This document shows, piece by piece, positions 30,305-39,993 of a DNA stretch of 64,000 nt. This stretch comes from Thermoplasmata archaeon. GTDB taxonomy: Archaea > Thermoplasmatota > Thermoplasmata > GCA-020350865. Location: contig CP070751.1 of the NCBI GenBank assembly GCA_020348445.1, positions 2,744,750-2,808,749 of the forward strand, given 5' to 3'. The notes under the pieces are model-generated. The model searched no databases and was not told the origin of the DNA. It saw only the letters and a program-made list of their open reading frames with translations. Position numbers and translations under genes: made by a program. Numbering within the stretch: position 1 is the first letter of the stretch; each line of letters opens with the position of its first letter.

Positions 30305-33205
30305 CTAATAAAGAGGAGGCTGTGACGGCGGCCTCCTGTATGGTTCTTGTGGATTTATCCTTCTGTTTGATTCCCATCCTGTGTTTTGCCCCTCATATGT
30401 CACAACTTTCGGAATAACTTCTTGTACCTGAGCTGGTTTATCTCCCTTTTTTCCTCCTAAAAGATACCCCACAAGTAATGCAACTACACCGATTATGATA
30501 CACAATAGTATCCATATGAAATCGAACTGCGATCCCTCACCTTCCTTATCTCCAGGTTCAGATCCACCATCTCCACCATCTCCATCTCCACCATCTCCAT
30601 CTCCACCATCCCCATCTCCACCATCACCACCAACCCCATCATCACCATCTCCATCACCGTCTCCATCTCCTTCGGCAACATCGATGGATTTGCTAGATTT
30701 TTCTTTTCTAGCTGCATCAGAATGGTCTATCTCCACTTCTAATATTAATGACTCACCTTCCTTATCAGGAACCTCCCAGTCAACGGACACCTCTTTAGTT
30801 TCTCCGAAGTCCAAATCAATGCTCTTTGAGCCGATGGCCTTTCCCCCGTACAGGAAAGTCACAGAGATATCGTCCGCATTCCCACCATTATTTTGCACAT
30901 AGGCAGTGATCGTGATCCTATCTTTGGGATTGGGATTGGAATTGTTGAATTTGATCTCTTCTCCATAAAATGAGAAATCAGGTCTGAGATCCAAGTATAT
31001 GGTAGCCTCATTGTTGCCCTCGTTTATCTCCTGTATCGGTACTGCCTTCACTTTTAGCTCTACCTGTTCAGCCACCACGGTCCATCTGAAGTCTACATCC
31101 CTCTGGCCCATTGGATCCAAGGAGGAAATGGATTTGGTATCCACCACAGTGCTGCCCTCGTAGAATTTGACCTGAATACTTTCGGCCCTACTTGTGCCCT
31201 CATTATGAACAGTAGCTGTTATCGTAATAGCAGTTCCCACACGACCTTTTAGATATTCTGTGTCTTCGAGTCCTGAAATGTCCCCCGAGGAAATAACCAG
31301 ATCTGGCATTACCACAGATATCGTGATAACCACATGCTGGGATTCCACTGATGGATCAGCTGATGATACAACATAAACATCCATTTCATAATCGTCCACA
31401 TCCCCATCAGGGGGTATTGTAAATTCTATTTGAAAGGTTATTGTTTCACCAGGTTCCAAAATATCAGGGATAATCTTGGGAGTAAAGTCCCAATCCTCTG
31501 GGAGATCCCCCACTATAACCTCTATGCTGTCCTCGTCTATGTTGCCGTAGTTGGTTACCCTGAATGAGAACTCTGGAGATTTTTCATTTGGATTATAATC
31601 CTTTTGGGGTAATCCACTGCCTGCATAAGCAAGATCCAGCTCCACCCATTGCTCTACATTGGTTGAAACCATTGCTGAATCGTGAACACCCTCTAAAATT
31701 GTTGAAGTCGCTTTTAAGGTGATAGGATATATCTGATATGCTATGGTTTCACCAGCACCTGGTATCGTTACCCTCACGATAACATCAACAAAGTAACCTG
31801 GAACGCCCAAAGCCTGCAGTGTAACTTCAGATATGGGATTCTCGGAGGTGTCCAAAATCTCTGCCCAATCCTTGTTGGGGCCTTCTAGCGTCAACAAAAA
31901 GGTATCTTGAGTGTTGCCGGAATTTTGGATTTCGACTAAGTAATCTATAATATCCTCCGGATAGCCATCATCCCCCTGATTATCGGGTGTTAATGTTACA
32001 TCTGGAAGGGGTGTAATCTCGACTGTGAGTACAATGAGATGACTTACACCGGGATCACCAATGGAATTAGCTCTGATTTCTATTTGGTATTCTCCAACTA
32101 GAGCCTTTGAACGATCAGGAGTAATTGATATGGAGACTGTGGTTGACTCTGTATAGTCAACATCAAGATTTGTTATATCTGCTATTGTCGAAACAGTAAA
32201 TATATCAGCGTCATAGCTGGTTGCAAAAAACTCGTACGAATCAGTTACCGTGCCTGTGTTTTTCACCTGTAATGTAAAAACAACGTCATCACCCGGCTCC
32301 CCTTCTTTTTTGTTGGAAGGTGCAGTCGAGGTGAGTTCAAAGGAATACGTTGGATTAACTGTTATTGTGATATCGAGAGTGTCATATGTTGGACCACTTG
32401 TATTACCTGTGGATGTGGCGTTCAACGTTATTGGGATAATATCAGGGCTGTGCTTTGCGTCTATTGAAAAATTGTAAAAGACGATCATGGTCTCGTCGGG
32501 TTCCAAATCAATATCAGGCACGCTCCACTGACCAAGTTCGGCCCCTGTATGGGAAAAAGAAAATGTATCGTTGCCGTTGCCATCATTTGTTACCCAGATC
32601 CCAAAAGATATGATCTCTCCTGGATCACCATCCTTGTTGGTTCCTCCTGGCGTTTCAATCCTGACTCCAAATTCCTGTACAACATTTGCACGGAGTTGAA
32701 GCGAATCCAGACATCCAACCTCCCCCTTATGCCCGATAACGTCCACAGTAATGTTGATGATTGCGGAATCTTGGTGCATTGCATCTCCAGGAGCCCTCAC
32801 TATTAAAGTCTCAGTAGTCCTATTCACAGAACCCATCTGAAGATTCGGTACTATCGTTGTGCCACTGGGTGTTACCGTCCACCCTACAGCTTGACTTTGG
32901 GCATCCAGCGTGACTGTGAAATTTATGTCTTCCCCTGTATTATTGTCTCCAGTGTTTATGATATCCACAGAATATTCAAAGTCAATTTGGGGAGTGACAT
33001 TACCGATGCCATTTGCAGGAGTATTGTATTGTACTTCGACTCCATAGTCGCCAGCTTGGGCATGGTTTGATATTAAAAGGAGTATTATCACCACACCTAT
33101 TATTACTAACATTACCACAAGTATTCTTGGAAAAATCCTTTTCGCGAGAAATCTCTCGCTGGCTAGATTCCCGTCAATAAAGGATTCAAACTCCCTTCCC
33201 ATCAT
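30305..33205 (-). CDS. Ig-like/CARDB surface protein, paralog 1
   Basis: Long signal peptide ending HAQA, repeated V.N.GN..D.F.L Ig domains, PDL...CARDB domains, Gly/Asp linker, C-terminal TM and Pro-rich tail. Confidence 0.85.
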   Translation of the reverse strand: MMGREFESFIDGNLASERFLAKRIFPRILVVMLVIIGVVIILLLISNHAQAGDYGVEVQYNTPANGIGNVTPQIDFEYSVDIINTGDNNTGEDINFTVTLDAQSQAVGWTVTPSGTTIVPNLQMGSVNRTTETLIVRAPGDAMHQDSAIINITVDVIGHKGEVGCLDSLQLRANVVQEFGVRIETPGGTNKDGDPGEIISFGIWVTNDGNGNDTFSFSHTGAELGQWSVPDIDLEPDETMIVFYNFSIDAKHSPDIIPITLNATSTGNTSGPTYDTLDITITVNPTYSFELTSTAPSNKKEGEPGDDVVFTLQVKNTGTVTDSYEFFATSYDADIFTVSTIADITNLDVDYTESTTVSISITPDRSKALVGEYQIEIRANSIGDPGVSHLIVLTVEITPLPDVTLTPDNQGDDGYPEDIIDYLVEIQNSGNTQDTFLLTLEGPNKDWAEILDTSENPISEVTLQALGVPGYFVDVIVRVTIPGAGETIAYQIYPITLKATSTILEGVHDSAMVSTNVEQWVELDLAYAGSGLPQKDYNPNEKSPEFSFRVTNYGNIDEDSIEVIVGDLPEDWDFTPKIIPDILEPGETITFQIEFTIPPDGDVDDYEMDVYVVSSADPSVESQHVVITISVVMPDLVISSGDISGLEDTEYLKGRVGTAITITATVHNEGTSRAESIQVKFYEGSTVVDTKSISSLDPMGQRDVDFRWTVVAEQVELKVKAVPIQEINEGNNEATIYLDLRPDFSFYGEEIKFNNSNPNPKDRITITAYVQNNGGNADDISVTFLYGGKAIGSKSIDLDFGETKEVSVDWEVPDKEGESLILEVEIDHSDAARKEKSSKSIDVAEGDGDGDGDGDDGVGGDGGDGDGGDGDGGDGDGGDGGSEPGDKEGEGSQFDFIWILLCIIIGVVALLVGYLLGGKKGDKPAQVQEVIPKVVTYEGQNTGWESNRRINPQEPYRRPPSQPPLY

Positions 33206-33237
33206 GGAATTACCTCAGCCAGGCAATATGGATGCGA

Positions 33238-33269
33238 TATCTTAAATGTTTCGGGAAATTGTGGATTTT
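33238..33269 (-). promoter_or_regulatory. 32-bp promoter block (BRE/TATA-like), copy 1
   Basis: Identical to 36223-36254 and 33 nt upstream of the ATG in both paralogs. Minus strand contains CCCGAAAC-ATTTAAGATA. Confidence 0.75.
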
Positions 33270-33325
33270 AGTAAAAATTCTGTGTCTTATAATAAGTCCA
33301 TACTTCTTAGGGGGAATTTCTCTTT

Positions 33326-36190
33326 TTAAAGTGGTGGAGGAGGTGGGGGGGGTGGAGGCGGAGGCGGAGGTGCTGTTATTGAAGGTTCTTTTAAATTTTC
33401 TTCTTCTGGTTTTATATGGTGAAATTCCTCTTTATAATAGGTTGTAGATGGGAGCTCTTTTTGAGCCTGAAAAGGTTCCACCCTTCCTTTTCTTCCTAAT
33501 AATAAACCTACCAATAATGCAACGATTCCAATTATGATATATGATAGTATCCAAAGGAAAGTAGAAGGTAGAAGGTCCCTGTCCCCATCTTCTTTCTCAG
33601 CAACCTTGACGTTTCCGCTCGATTTTTCTAGTTCAACTCCGTTTAGATGGTAGATCTCCACTTCAACAGACAAGGACTCGCCTGGTCTATTAGGAACCTC
33701 CCATTTAATGGAAACCTCTCCAGTTTCTCCGTAGATCAAATCTACCATCTTTGAACCGATGGCTTTTCCAGCATATAAGAAAGTCACCGAGATGTCCTCT
33801 GCATCTCCACCATCGTTTCGTATGTAGGCAGTTATGGTGATCTTCTCTTTAGGTTCTGGATTGGAATTACTGAAGTTGACCTCCTCACCAACAAATGAGA
33901 AATCGGGTCTGAGATCTAGGAATATGGTGTCACCATTGTTGTCCATATTGCTCTCCTTGATTGGGCTGGCCTCCACTTTTAGCTCCACCTGCTCGGCGAC
34001 AACTGTCCATCTGAATGTAACGTTCTCATATTTTCCAGGTCCTAATGAAGATATGGTTGCAGTCCCTCTGACGTTGATTCCATCATAGAGTTTGACCTGT
34101 ATGCTCTCTGCCGTACTTGTTCCCTCGTTGCAGACTTTGGCTGTAATTTGAATTTGAACTCCAATTTCTGCCTTCAACTCATCAGGATCCTCAAGGCCTT
34201 TGATGTCCCTAGAGGAAATGACGAGATCTGGTTTTATGACTGTTATCTTAATGGGCACTTCATTGGAATTTTTCGAGGGATCTACATTAGATTCCAGTAC
34301 CACTTTCATCTCGTAAGTGTCTTCATCGGCATCAGAGGGGACTGTGAACTCTATTGTAAAGGTCGTAGTTCCGCCGGGATCCAATGTGGTTGGAATGGTG
34401 TAGGGTGTGTAATCCCAATTTGATTCCTTAACTATTATCTTAACTGTACTTTCATCTTGGTTGCCGTTGTTAGTCACCCGAAACGAGAATTTCGGAGATT
34501 TTTTGTTTGGATCATAGTCCTTTTCGGGTTCTCCGCCGCCCGAGTATTCGAGATCCAAATCCACAAAATCTTCGACAGTGATGGTAACCTGGCCCTCTGC
34601 GAAAACATCCTCTGTGTTCAGGGATTCAACCCTTATGGTTATAGTATATGGCTTATTTGCTTGGGTTTCACCTGTGGTCGGTATCGTTACTCTGATGAGG
34701 ATTTTCTGCCAGGCACCGGCGTCCAGTGTTATCTGCTTCCCAGGGATCGGATTCTCTTCGATATCCAGAATCTCGCCCCATTCCTTATATTCACCTTCTA
34801 ATTCAATGGTAAAGTTGTCCCGGGCGTTGCCCTTGTTATATATTTTTATATCAAAAATGATGTTATCTCCTGGTTCGCCTCTGTCAGTTTGAGTGTCGGG
34901 ATCTATCTCAACCTCTGCCAAGGGTGTTATTTCAACTGTAAGTGTTATTACTTTACTGACACTGCGGTCCTTATTAGAGGTGACTGTTATCTCTATGTCA
35001 TAGGAGCCCACCAATGCCTTGGTTTTATCTGTTGTTACCAAGAAATCGGCATTTGTTGGATAAACATCATCCACTTGAACATTCGGAGTTGTCCGGGCGG
35101 AAGGATATTGTGGAAACACACTTTCATCGATACTCGAAATCCTGATCTCGAAGTTGTCTTCATTTGTTCCATTGTTTTTTACCGCCAAGGTGAAGTAGAG
35201 AGAATCTCCTGGTTTTGCCTCCTTTGTATTGAAAGGCGCCGTGCAGGAGAGTTCGATGTCATAAATGGCATTAACTGTGGTGGTTGTGGTAAAGGATTGA
35301 GGAGTAACTGTTCCCTTTTCTGATGAAACCTTCGCTTGCATTTCCAGTGGTGCTGTTAATACCGCAAAATCAGGATCGCTCTTGGATGGGACATTGATTG
35401 TGAATAATATTGTCTCGATCTCATCAGCATATAAGGTAATCGATGAAATCGGTGTTGTAGGCTCTGATCCTAATGCAAAAGAACCCCATCCAGACTGATC
35501 TCCTCCGCCATTAGGCGACTTATCTTGGTCATTCTTATCAAGAATATATGTATTTTCTGAATTACCAGTATTCTTAACTCTGAATTGATAGGTAACAGAG
35601 CTGCCTACATTTACTGCAGCACTTAGGGATGAGGGTTCAGTCAGCTCAAAGTCGTAAACCATTACAACATTAGCTCGTAATTGCAGGGAATCTAAGCATC
35701 CCACATCCCCTTTATGGCCAATAACATCCACGGTGATGTTGATTATCGCAGTATCGTCGTATATTGCATCCGAAGGTGCTCTAACCGTTACGATCTCCGT
35801 TGTTTTATTGTCGATACCCATTTCAAGGCCAGGGATAATTGTGGTTCCTGAAGGTGTCACAGTCCATCCTGCAGCAACGCTAGCTGCATCCAGTTCCACT
35901 GTGAAGTTGATGTCTTCACCTACGTTATCGATCCCTGTGTTTATGATGTCTAACGTATATTGAAAGTCGATACCGGGGGTCACATTACCGATTCCATTTC
36001 TGGGAGTATTGTGATGGATCACTACTCCATAATCCCCTGCTTGTGCATGGTTGGATATTAAAAGAAGTGTTATAACTACACCGATTATTACCAATGTGGC
36101 CACAAGTATTTTGGGAAAAATCGCTCTCGCGAGAAATCTCTCGCTTTCCTTTGTATCAAGACCATAAGGTTCAATCTCCCTTCCTGTCAT
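33326..36190 (-). CDS. Ig-like/CARDB surface protein, paralog 2
   Basis: Same architecture as 30305-33205 with near-identical N-terminal domain; TM, then a tail ending in 13 consecutive Pro. Confidence 0.85.
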   Translation of the reverse strand: MTGREIEPYGLDTKESERFLARAIFPKILVATLVIIGVVITLLLISNHAQAGDYGVVIHHNTPRNGIGNVTPGIDFQYTLDIINTGIDNVGEDINFTVELDAASVAAGWTVTPSGTTIIPGLEMGIDNKTTEIVTVRAPSDAIYDDTAIINITVDVIGHKGDVGCLDSLQLRANVVMVYDFELTEPSSLSAAVNVGSSVTYQFRVKNTGNSENTYILDKNDQDKSPNGGGDQSGWGSFALGSEPTTPISSITLYADEIETILFTINVPSKSDPDFAVLTAPLEMQAKVSSEKGTVTPQSFTTTTTVNAIYDIELSCTAPFNTKEAKPGDSLYFTLAVKNNGTNEDNFEIRISSIDESVFPQYPSARTTPNVQVDDVYPTNADFLVTTDKTKALVGSYDIEITVTSNKDRSVSKVITLTVEITPLAEVEIDPDTQTDRGEPGDNIIFDIKIYNKGNARDNFTIELEGEYKEWGEILDIEENPIPGKQITLDAGAWQKILIRVTIPTTGETQANKPYTITIRVESLNTEDVFAEGQVTITVEDFVDLDLEYSGGGEPEKDYDPNKKSPKFSFRVTNNGNQDESTVKIIVKESNWDYTPYTIPTTLDPGGTTTFTIEFTVPSDADEDTYEMKVVLESNVDPSKNSNEVPIKITVIKPDLVISSRDIKGLEDPDELKAEIGVQIQITAKVCNEGTSTAESIQVKLYDGINVRGTATISSLGPGKYENVTFRWTVVAEQVELKVEASPIKESNMDNNGDTIFLDLRPDFSFVGEEVNFSNSNPEPKEKITITAYIRNDGGDAEDISVTFLYAGKAIGSKMVDLIYGETGEVSIKWEVPNRPGESLSVEVEIYHLNGVELEKSSGNVKVAEKEDGDRDLLPSTFLWILSYIIIGIVALLVGLLLGRKGRVEPFQAQKELPSTTYYKEEFHHIKPEEENLKEPSITAPPPPPPPPPPPPPL

Positions 36191-36222
36191 ATGAAGACCT
36201 CGATTAATCTATGTCAATTGGG

Positions 36223-36254
36223 TATCTTAAATGTTTCGGGAAATTGTGGATTTT
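36223..36254 (-). promoter_or_regulatory. 32-bp promoter block, copy 2
   Basis: tatcttaaatgtttcgggaaattgtggatttt, exact match to 33238-33269. Confidence 0.75.
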
Positions 36255-36302
36255 GGATTGGAACTTAGATTTAGGTACAAAAAAAGCGTCAAAAACAAGA
36301 GC

Positions 36303-36980
36303 CTAGGCCGCTATTCTTTTTTCTCTTTTTTTAAGTCCTGCCACCTTCAGTTTTTTAAGTGCAGTAATCAGGTTATCCCTTCCTGCAAGCTCTGCTGCAA
36401 ATCCATCTGCCTTTGCCTCGTCCCTGTAGCTTCGAAGCCAAAGTGAGGCAACTGCAAGGAAGTTAGCCATGTACCTGTTTGGAGTGTGTTTGACATGATA
36501 GAGCTCATGCGCAGCCACAGCTATGATCTCCTCTGGTTCGAGAAGCTCCACAAGACCCACGGATACGTAGATTTTCCGCTTGTGTGTGAAGGCCTTGATC
36601 TTCTGCGTGTCCAAAAGGTATATCCTGCATCCTAGCTCTGCAGAGAGCCCTCTTAGAAATTGCGCATCCATGATTTCGAGATTCCGAATGTGCCTGTCAA
36701 AGGCAACATTCACCATTCCTAGAAACACCATGGCTCCTGAAATAATACCGAGATAAATCCAAACATAAGCAGCCATGGAACATGTCATTTGCCTAAAACC
36801 TTCCATCACTGCAAATGCAGTGACCATCTGGGAGAGGAACATATGATGGGATTTTTTTGTTAATAGAAAGATCGTACCAAGAGATAGAGCAATTATAATC
36901 ATACCGAACATGATGTATCCAGTTTCGGATCTTGCAAGACAGCTGAAGTAACATTCAAAAGCTTCAAACAACGTGTTCAC
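36303..36980 (-). CDS. Membrane zinc metalloprotease, M48/M56 (BlaR1-like protease domain)
   Basis: N-terminal TM helices; AFT....IYVSVGL...L...EI.AVAAHELYH; E..AD.FA. GTGA overlap with the repressor gene. Confidence 0.85.
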   Translation of the reverse strand: MNTLFEAFECYFSCLARSETGYIMFGMIIIALSLGTIFLLTKKSHHMFLSQMVTAFAVMEGFRQMTCSMAAYVWIYLGIISGAMVFLGMVNVAFDRHIRNLEIMDAQFLRGLSAELGCRIYLLDTQKIKAFTHKRKIYVSVGLVELLEPEEIIAVAAHELYHVKHTPNRYMANFLAVASLWLRSYRDEAKADGFAAELAGRDNLITALKKLKVAGLKKREKRIAA

Positions 36981-37336
36981 TCCTTCTTGTACTTACCAAG
37001 GGTCTCGGTTACAGTGTCGCCAAATGTATCAATTAGGCTCTCTATAATTCTTTCGGAAATCTGATTTCCAATCTCCTCTTTTGTGTACGCAGGACGGTAG
37101 ATATATTTGACCTTGGACTCTGACTCCAAAAGCTCCCTTTTTACAACTCCTGACTTTACCAATCTATCCAGGGTGCCTGCAATACATGCAAGGGAAAGGT
37201 CGTTGATACATCCATTTATATCACTTGAGGTCATGCTTTCCTTTTCCCAGAGCAATTGCAGTATCCTGACCTCGTTTGGAGAAAAGAATTTTTCAAGCCC
37301 ATCAGATTCAATGTTGATCCTGGAAAATTTCACCAT
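36977..37336 (-). CDS. BlaI/MecI/CopY-family repressor
   Basis: FSPNEVRILQLLWEKE..T..DI, TLDRLVKSGVVKRE, YIYRP. Start moved to ATG 37336, which places all three palindromes in the intergenic region. Confidence 0.85.
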   Translation of the reverse strand: MVKFSRINIESDGLEKFFSPNEVRILQLLWEKESMTSSDINGCINDLSLACIAGTLDRLVKSGVVKRELLESESKVKYIYRPAYTKEEIGNQISERIIESLIDTFGDTVTETLGKYKKE

Positions 37337-37337
37337 G

Positions 37338-37354
37338 TTTACATCAACCGTAAA
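37338..37354. promoter_or_regulatory. Operator 1 TTTAC-N7-GTAAA
   Basis: TTTACATCAACCGTAAA; one base separates it from the repressor ATG. Confidence 0.75.
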
Positions 37355-37371
37355 ATTCAATCCAGTGGTTA

Positions 37372-37388
37372 TTTACATCAATTGTAAA
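37372..37388. promoter_or_regulatory. Operator 2 TTTACA-N5-TGTAAA
   Basis: TTTACATCAATTGTAAA, near the predicted start site of the TTATATAAAT box at 37401-37410. Confidence 0.75.
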
Positions 37389-37452
37389 CAAGCACTCATC
37401 TTATATAAATTTTTTGGAACATCCTAATATATGACTTTGACATATTACTTGC

Positions 37453-37469
37453 TTTACAACAGGTGTAAA
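37453..37469. promoter_or_regulatory. Operator 3 TTTACA-N5-TGTAAA
   Basis: TTTACAACAGGTGTAAA; one base separates it from the permease ATG at 37471. Confidence 0.75.
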
Positions 37470-37470
37470 C

Positions 37471-38646
37471 ATGCTTCTTCGAGTCCTTGGAAAATCTCTA
37501 ATTCGCAGGAAGTCAAGGATTGCAATCGCCATAGTGGCAGTGATTATGGGTGCATCCATCACAGGTGCACTTGTTACCACATCCCTTAATATCAAAGAGA
37601 AAGTTGGCTTAGAATTCAGGCAATACGGTGCCAACATTCTGCTTGTGCCGAGATCAGAGAGCATACCAGTTTCCATAGGCGATGTGGATTACGGGTCAGT
37701 GACTGAGCAGAGGTATCTTGAGGAATCAGACCTGCCCAAGATCAAGGAGATATCCTGGGCAAAGAATGTCCTAGGATATGCGCCATACCTCTATTCAGTT
37801 GTCACAGTGGAGAATCAAAAGACAGTTTTATCTGGTGTTTGGTTCGACGAAATCAAAAGGATAAGTCCCTGGTGGGATGTGAGGGGTAGTTGGATAGATG
37901 ATAGAAACGATACCAATAGTGCCATTATTGGTATAGGTGTATCGGAAATACTTGGAGTGGGTATAGGAGATGCCTTTTCAGTTTCCTATAATGATACACA
38001 GAATGTATCTACACATGATGTGAATGTGGTGGGAATAGTCAGCACTGGAAGTTCAGAAGATAATCAGGTGTTTGTAACTCTGCATTTGGCCCAGAGCCTA
38101 ACAAACCTCCTTGGAAAGGTGAGCACAGTCCAGGTGAGCGCCCTCTGCATAGGGTGTCCTGTTGAGGTAATAGCCCAAGAAATCGAGGAAAAGATTCCCT
38201 ATGCACAGGCTAAATCAGTAAAGCAGATGGTGAGGGCCGAGATGGAAATTCTTGGAAAAATCGAGGAGCTGATGCTCCTTGTTGCTGCTGTAGCGCTTTT
38301 GGCTTCTGCCCTGGGTGTGATGACCACCATGACAACCTCAGTTGTGGAGAGAACAAAAGAAATAGGGATGATGAAGGCAATTGGCGCCGAGAATAAAAAG
38401 ATCGCCAGCCTTTTTCTCTTAGAGGCTCTGGTAATTGGTTTAATAGGGGGGTTGTTCGGTTACGTTGTTGGGCTCGGTGTAGCCCAGTTCATTGGAATGA
38501 GTGTCTTTGGCTCTTCTGTTTCACCAAGAATATCTGTTCTGCCCTTGGTTTTGGGAATCTCCATAGCAGTGGTTGTACTTGCAAGTGCATTTCCGGTGAG
38601 AAGGGCGATTTCAATAGAGCCTGCCAAGGTTCTGAGGGGGGAGTAG
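37471..38646 (+). CDS. ABC transporter permease (FtsX/MacB family)
   Basis: N-terminal TM, GANILLVP, periplasmic-type domain, ERTKEIGMMKAIGA, three C-terminal TMs ending PAKVLRGE. Confidence 0.92.
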   Translation: MLLRVLGKSLIRRKSRIAIAIVAVIMGASITGALVTTSLNIKEKVGLEFRQYGANILLVPRSESIPVSIGDVDYGSVTEQRYLEESDLPKIKEISWAKNVLGYAPYLYSVVTVENQKTVLSGVWFDEIKRISPWWDVRGSWIDDRNDTNSAIIGIGVSEILGVGIGDAFSVSYNDTQNVSTHDVNVVGIVSTGSSEDNQVFVTLHLAQSLTNLLGKVSTVQVSALCIGCPVEVIAQEIEEKIPYAQAKSVKQMVRAEMEILGKIEELMLLVAAVALLASALGVMTTMTTSVVERTKEIGMMKAIGAENKKIASLFLLEALVIGLIGGLFGYVVGLGVAQFIGMSVFGSSVSPRISVLPLVLGISIAVVVLASAFPVRRAISIEPAKVLRGE

Positions 38647-38647
38647 A

Positions 38648-39319
38648 GTGTCGAGTATAATCAACGTCCAGGATATTTTCATGGATTACAGCCCAAATAC
38701 AAGGGCTTTGGACGGAGTAACACTTGATGTAAAAAAGGGGGAGTGGGCCACAATAATGGGCCCCTCTGGAGGTGGGAAGACAACCCTTTTGAACATAATC
38801 GGCTGTCTTGAAAAGCCCACCAAAGGAAGAGTGGTTGTTGAAGACACCGAGGTTACCCGCCTTCGGGAAAAGGAGCTAACAAGATTCAGAAGAGAGAACT
38901 TTGGTTTCATATTCCAGCAGTTTCACCTGGTTTCGTATCTCACCGCCCTTGAAAATGTTATGCTATCCCAGTATTTCCTTTATGGCAGAAAGTTCGATTA
39001 CGATGATGCGCAAGCTGCCTTGGAGCGGGTGGGGCTTTCGCACAGGATGGATCATATCCCATCTCACATGTCTGGGGGAGAGCAGCAGAGGGTTTCAATT
39101 GCAAGGGCCCTTGTTTGCGAGCCCCAGATTCTTCTTGCAGACGAGCCAACAGGAAACCTTGATCAAAAGACAGGCTCTGTGATATTAGAGCTTTTGAAAT
39201 CCCTTCATTCCGAGGGGCATACAATAATGCTCGTCACCCACGACTTGAGTATAGGTAAAATGGGTGAAAGGATAATTCAGTTGGTAGATGGAAAGATAAC
39301 TGAGGATTCATCAAATTAA
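38648..39319 (+). CDS. ABC transporter ATP-binding protein (LolD/MacB-like)
   Basis: Walker A GPSGGGKT, signature MSGGEQQRV, Walker [17 protein letters not shown]. Confidence 0.95.
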   Translation: MSSIINVQDIFMDYSPNTRALDGVTLDVKKGEWATIMGPSGGGKTTLLNIIGCLEKPTKGRVVVEDTEVTRLREKELTRFRRENFGFIFQQFHLVSYLTALENVMLSQYFLYGRKFDYDDAQAALERVGLSHRMDHIPSHMSGGEQQRVSIARALVCEPQILLADEPTGNLDQKTGSVILELLKSLHSEGHTIMLVTHDLSIGKMGERIIQLVDGKITEDSSN

Positions 39320-39344
39320 TTAATATGATTTATGAGGTGAATAA

Positions 39345-39926
39345 ATGGCAAAAAAAAGTGGATCTAGTAAAAATAAAAAAGGTTCGAACAATAGAAAGGA
39401 TCGGATGAGCAGAAAAAAGAGTGAAGAGGAGTTTAAAAAGGCAGAGACGGAAAAGAAGGTAATAAAAGGTGCCATAGCATTTTTTATCATAGTGGTTATC
39501 ATAGCCTTGGCAGTTCGAATAGCAAGCCCTCCGCCGGGTGGTGAAACCGACTATTCCTCCCCGTACGAGATAATCGGCAATGAGCTCGTTATACCGATTT
39601 CAGATGTTTCAACATCTGCTTCGTTCTACAGCTACGATTCAAATGGAAAGGATGTTAAGTTCTTTGTTGTCAGGGGATCGGACGGTGACATACATACAGC
39701 CTTTGATGCATGCGATGTTTGTTTTAAGGAAAAGAAGGGCTACTATCAGGACGGTAATAAAATGGTATGTAGAAACTGTGGCCAAAGATTCACCACTAAT
39801 GAAATCGGCACTGCAAACACAGGAACAGGGTGTTGGCCAGGTAATATCATACGTACCGTTGACAACTCTTACGTGAGGATCAAACTAAGTGAACTTGACA
39901 GGGGTAGAGCTATATACTTTCCTTAG
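39345..39926 (+). CDS. DUF2318 Fe-S-type membrane-anchored protein
   Basis: One TM, then FFVV...AFDACDVC...GYYQDG..MVCRNCG...GCWP. Confidence 0.85.
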   Translation: MAKKSGSSKNKKGSNNRKDRMSRKKSEEEFKKAETEKKVIKGAIAFFIIVVIIALAVRIASPPPGGETDYSSPYEIIGNELVIPISDVSTSASFYSYDSNGKDVKFFVVRGSDGDIHTAFDACDVCFKEKKGYYQDGNKMVCRNCGQRFTTNEIGTANTGTGCWPGNIIRTVDNSYVRIKLSELDRGRAIYFP

Positions 39927-39993
39927 AAGTTGATGCAGATAGGTATTTTTTGAAAAATGCCAGATTAAATTCCATTCTTAATCACGTCAGGTT

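Noticed and set aside
30495-30902. Ser-Pro repeat ORF
   Set aside because: Antisense reading of the Gly/Asp linker of the CARDB protein.
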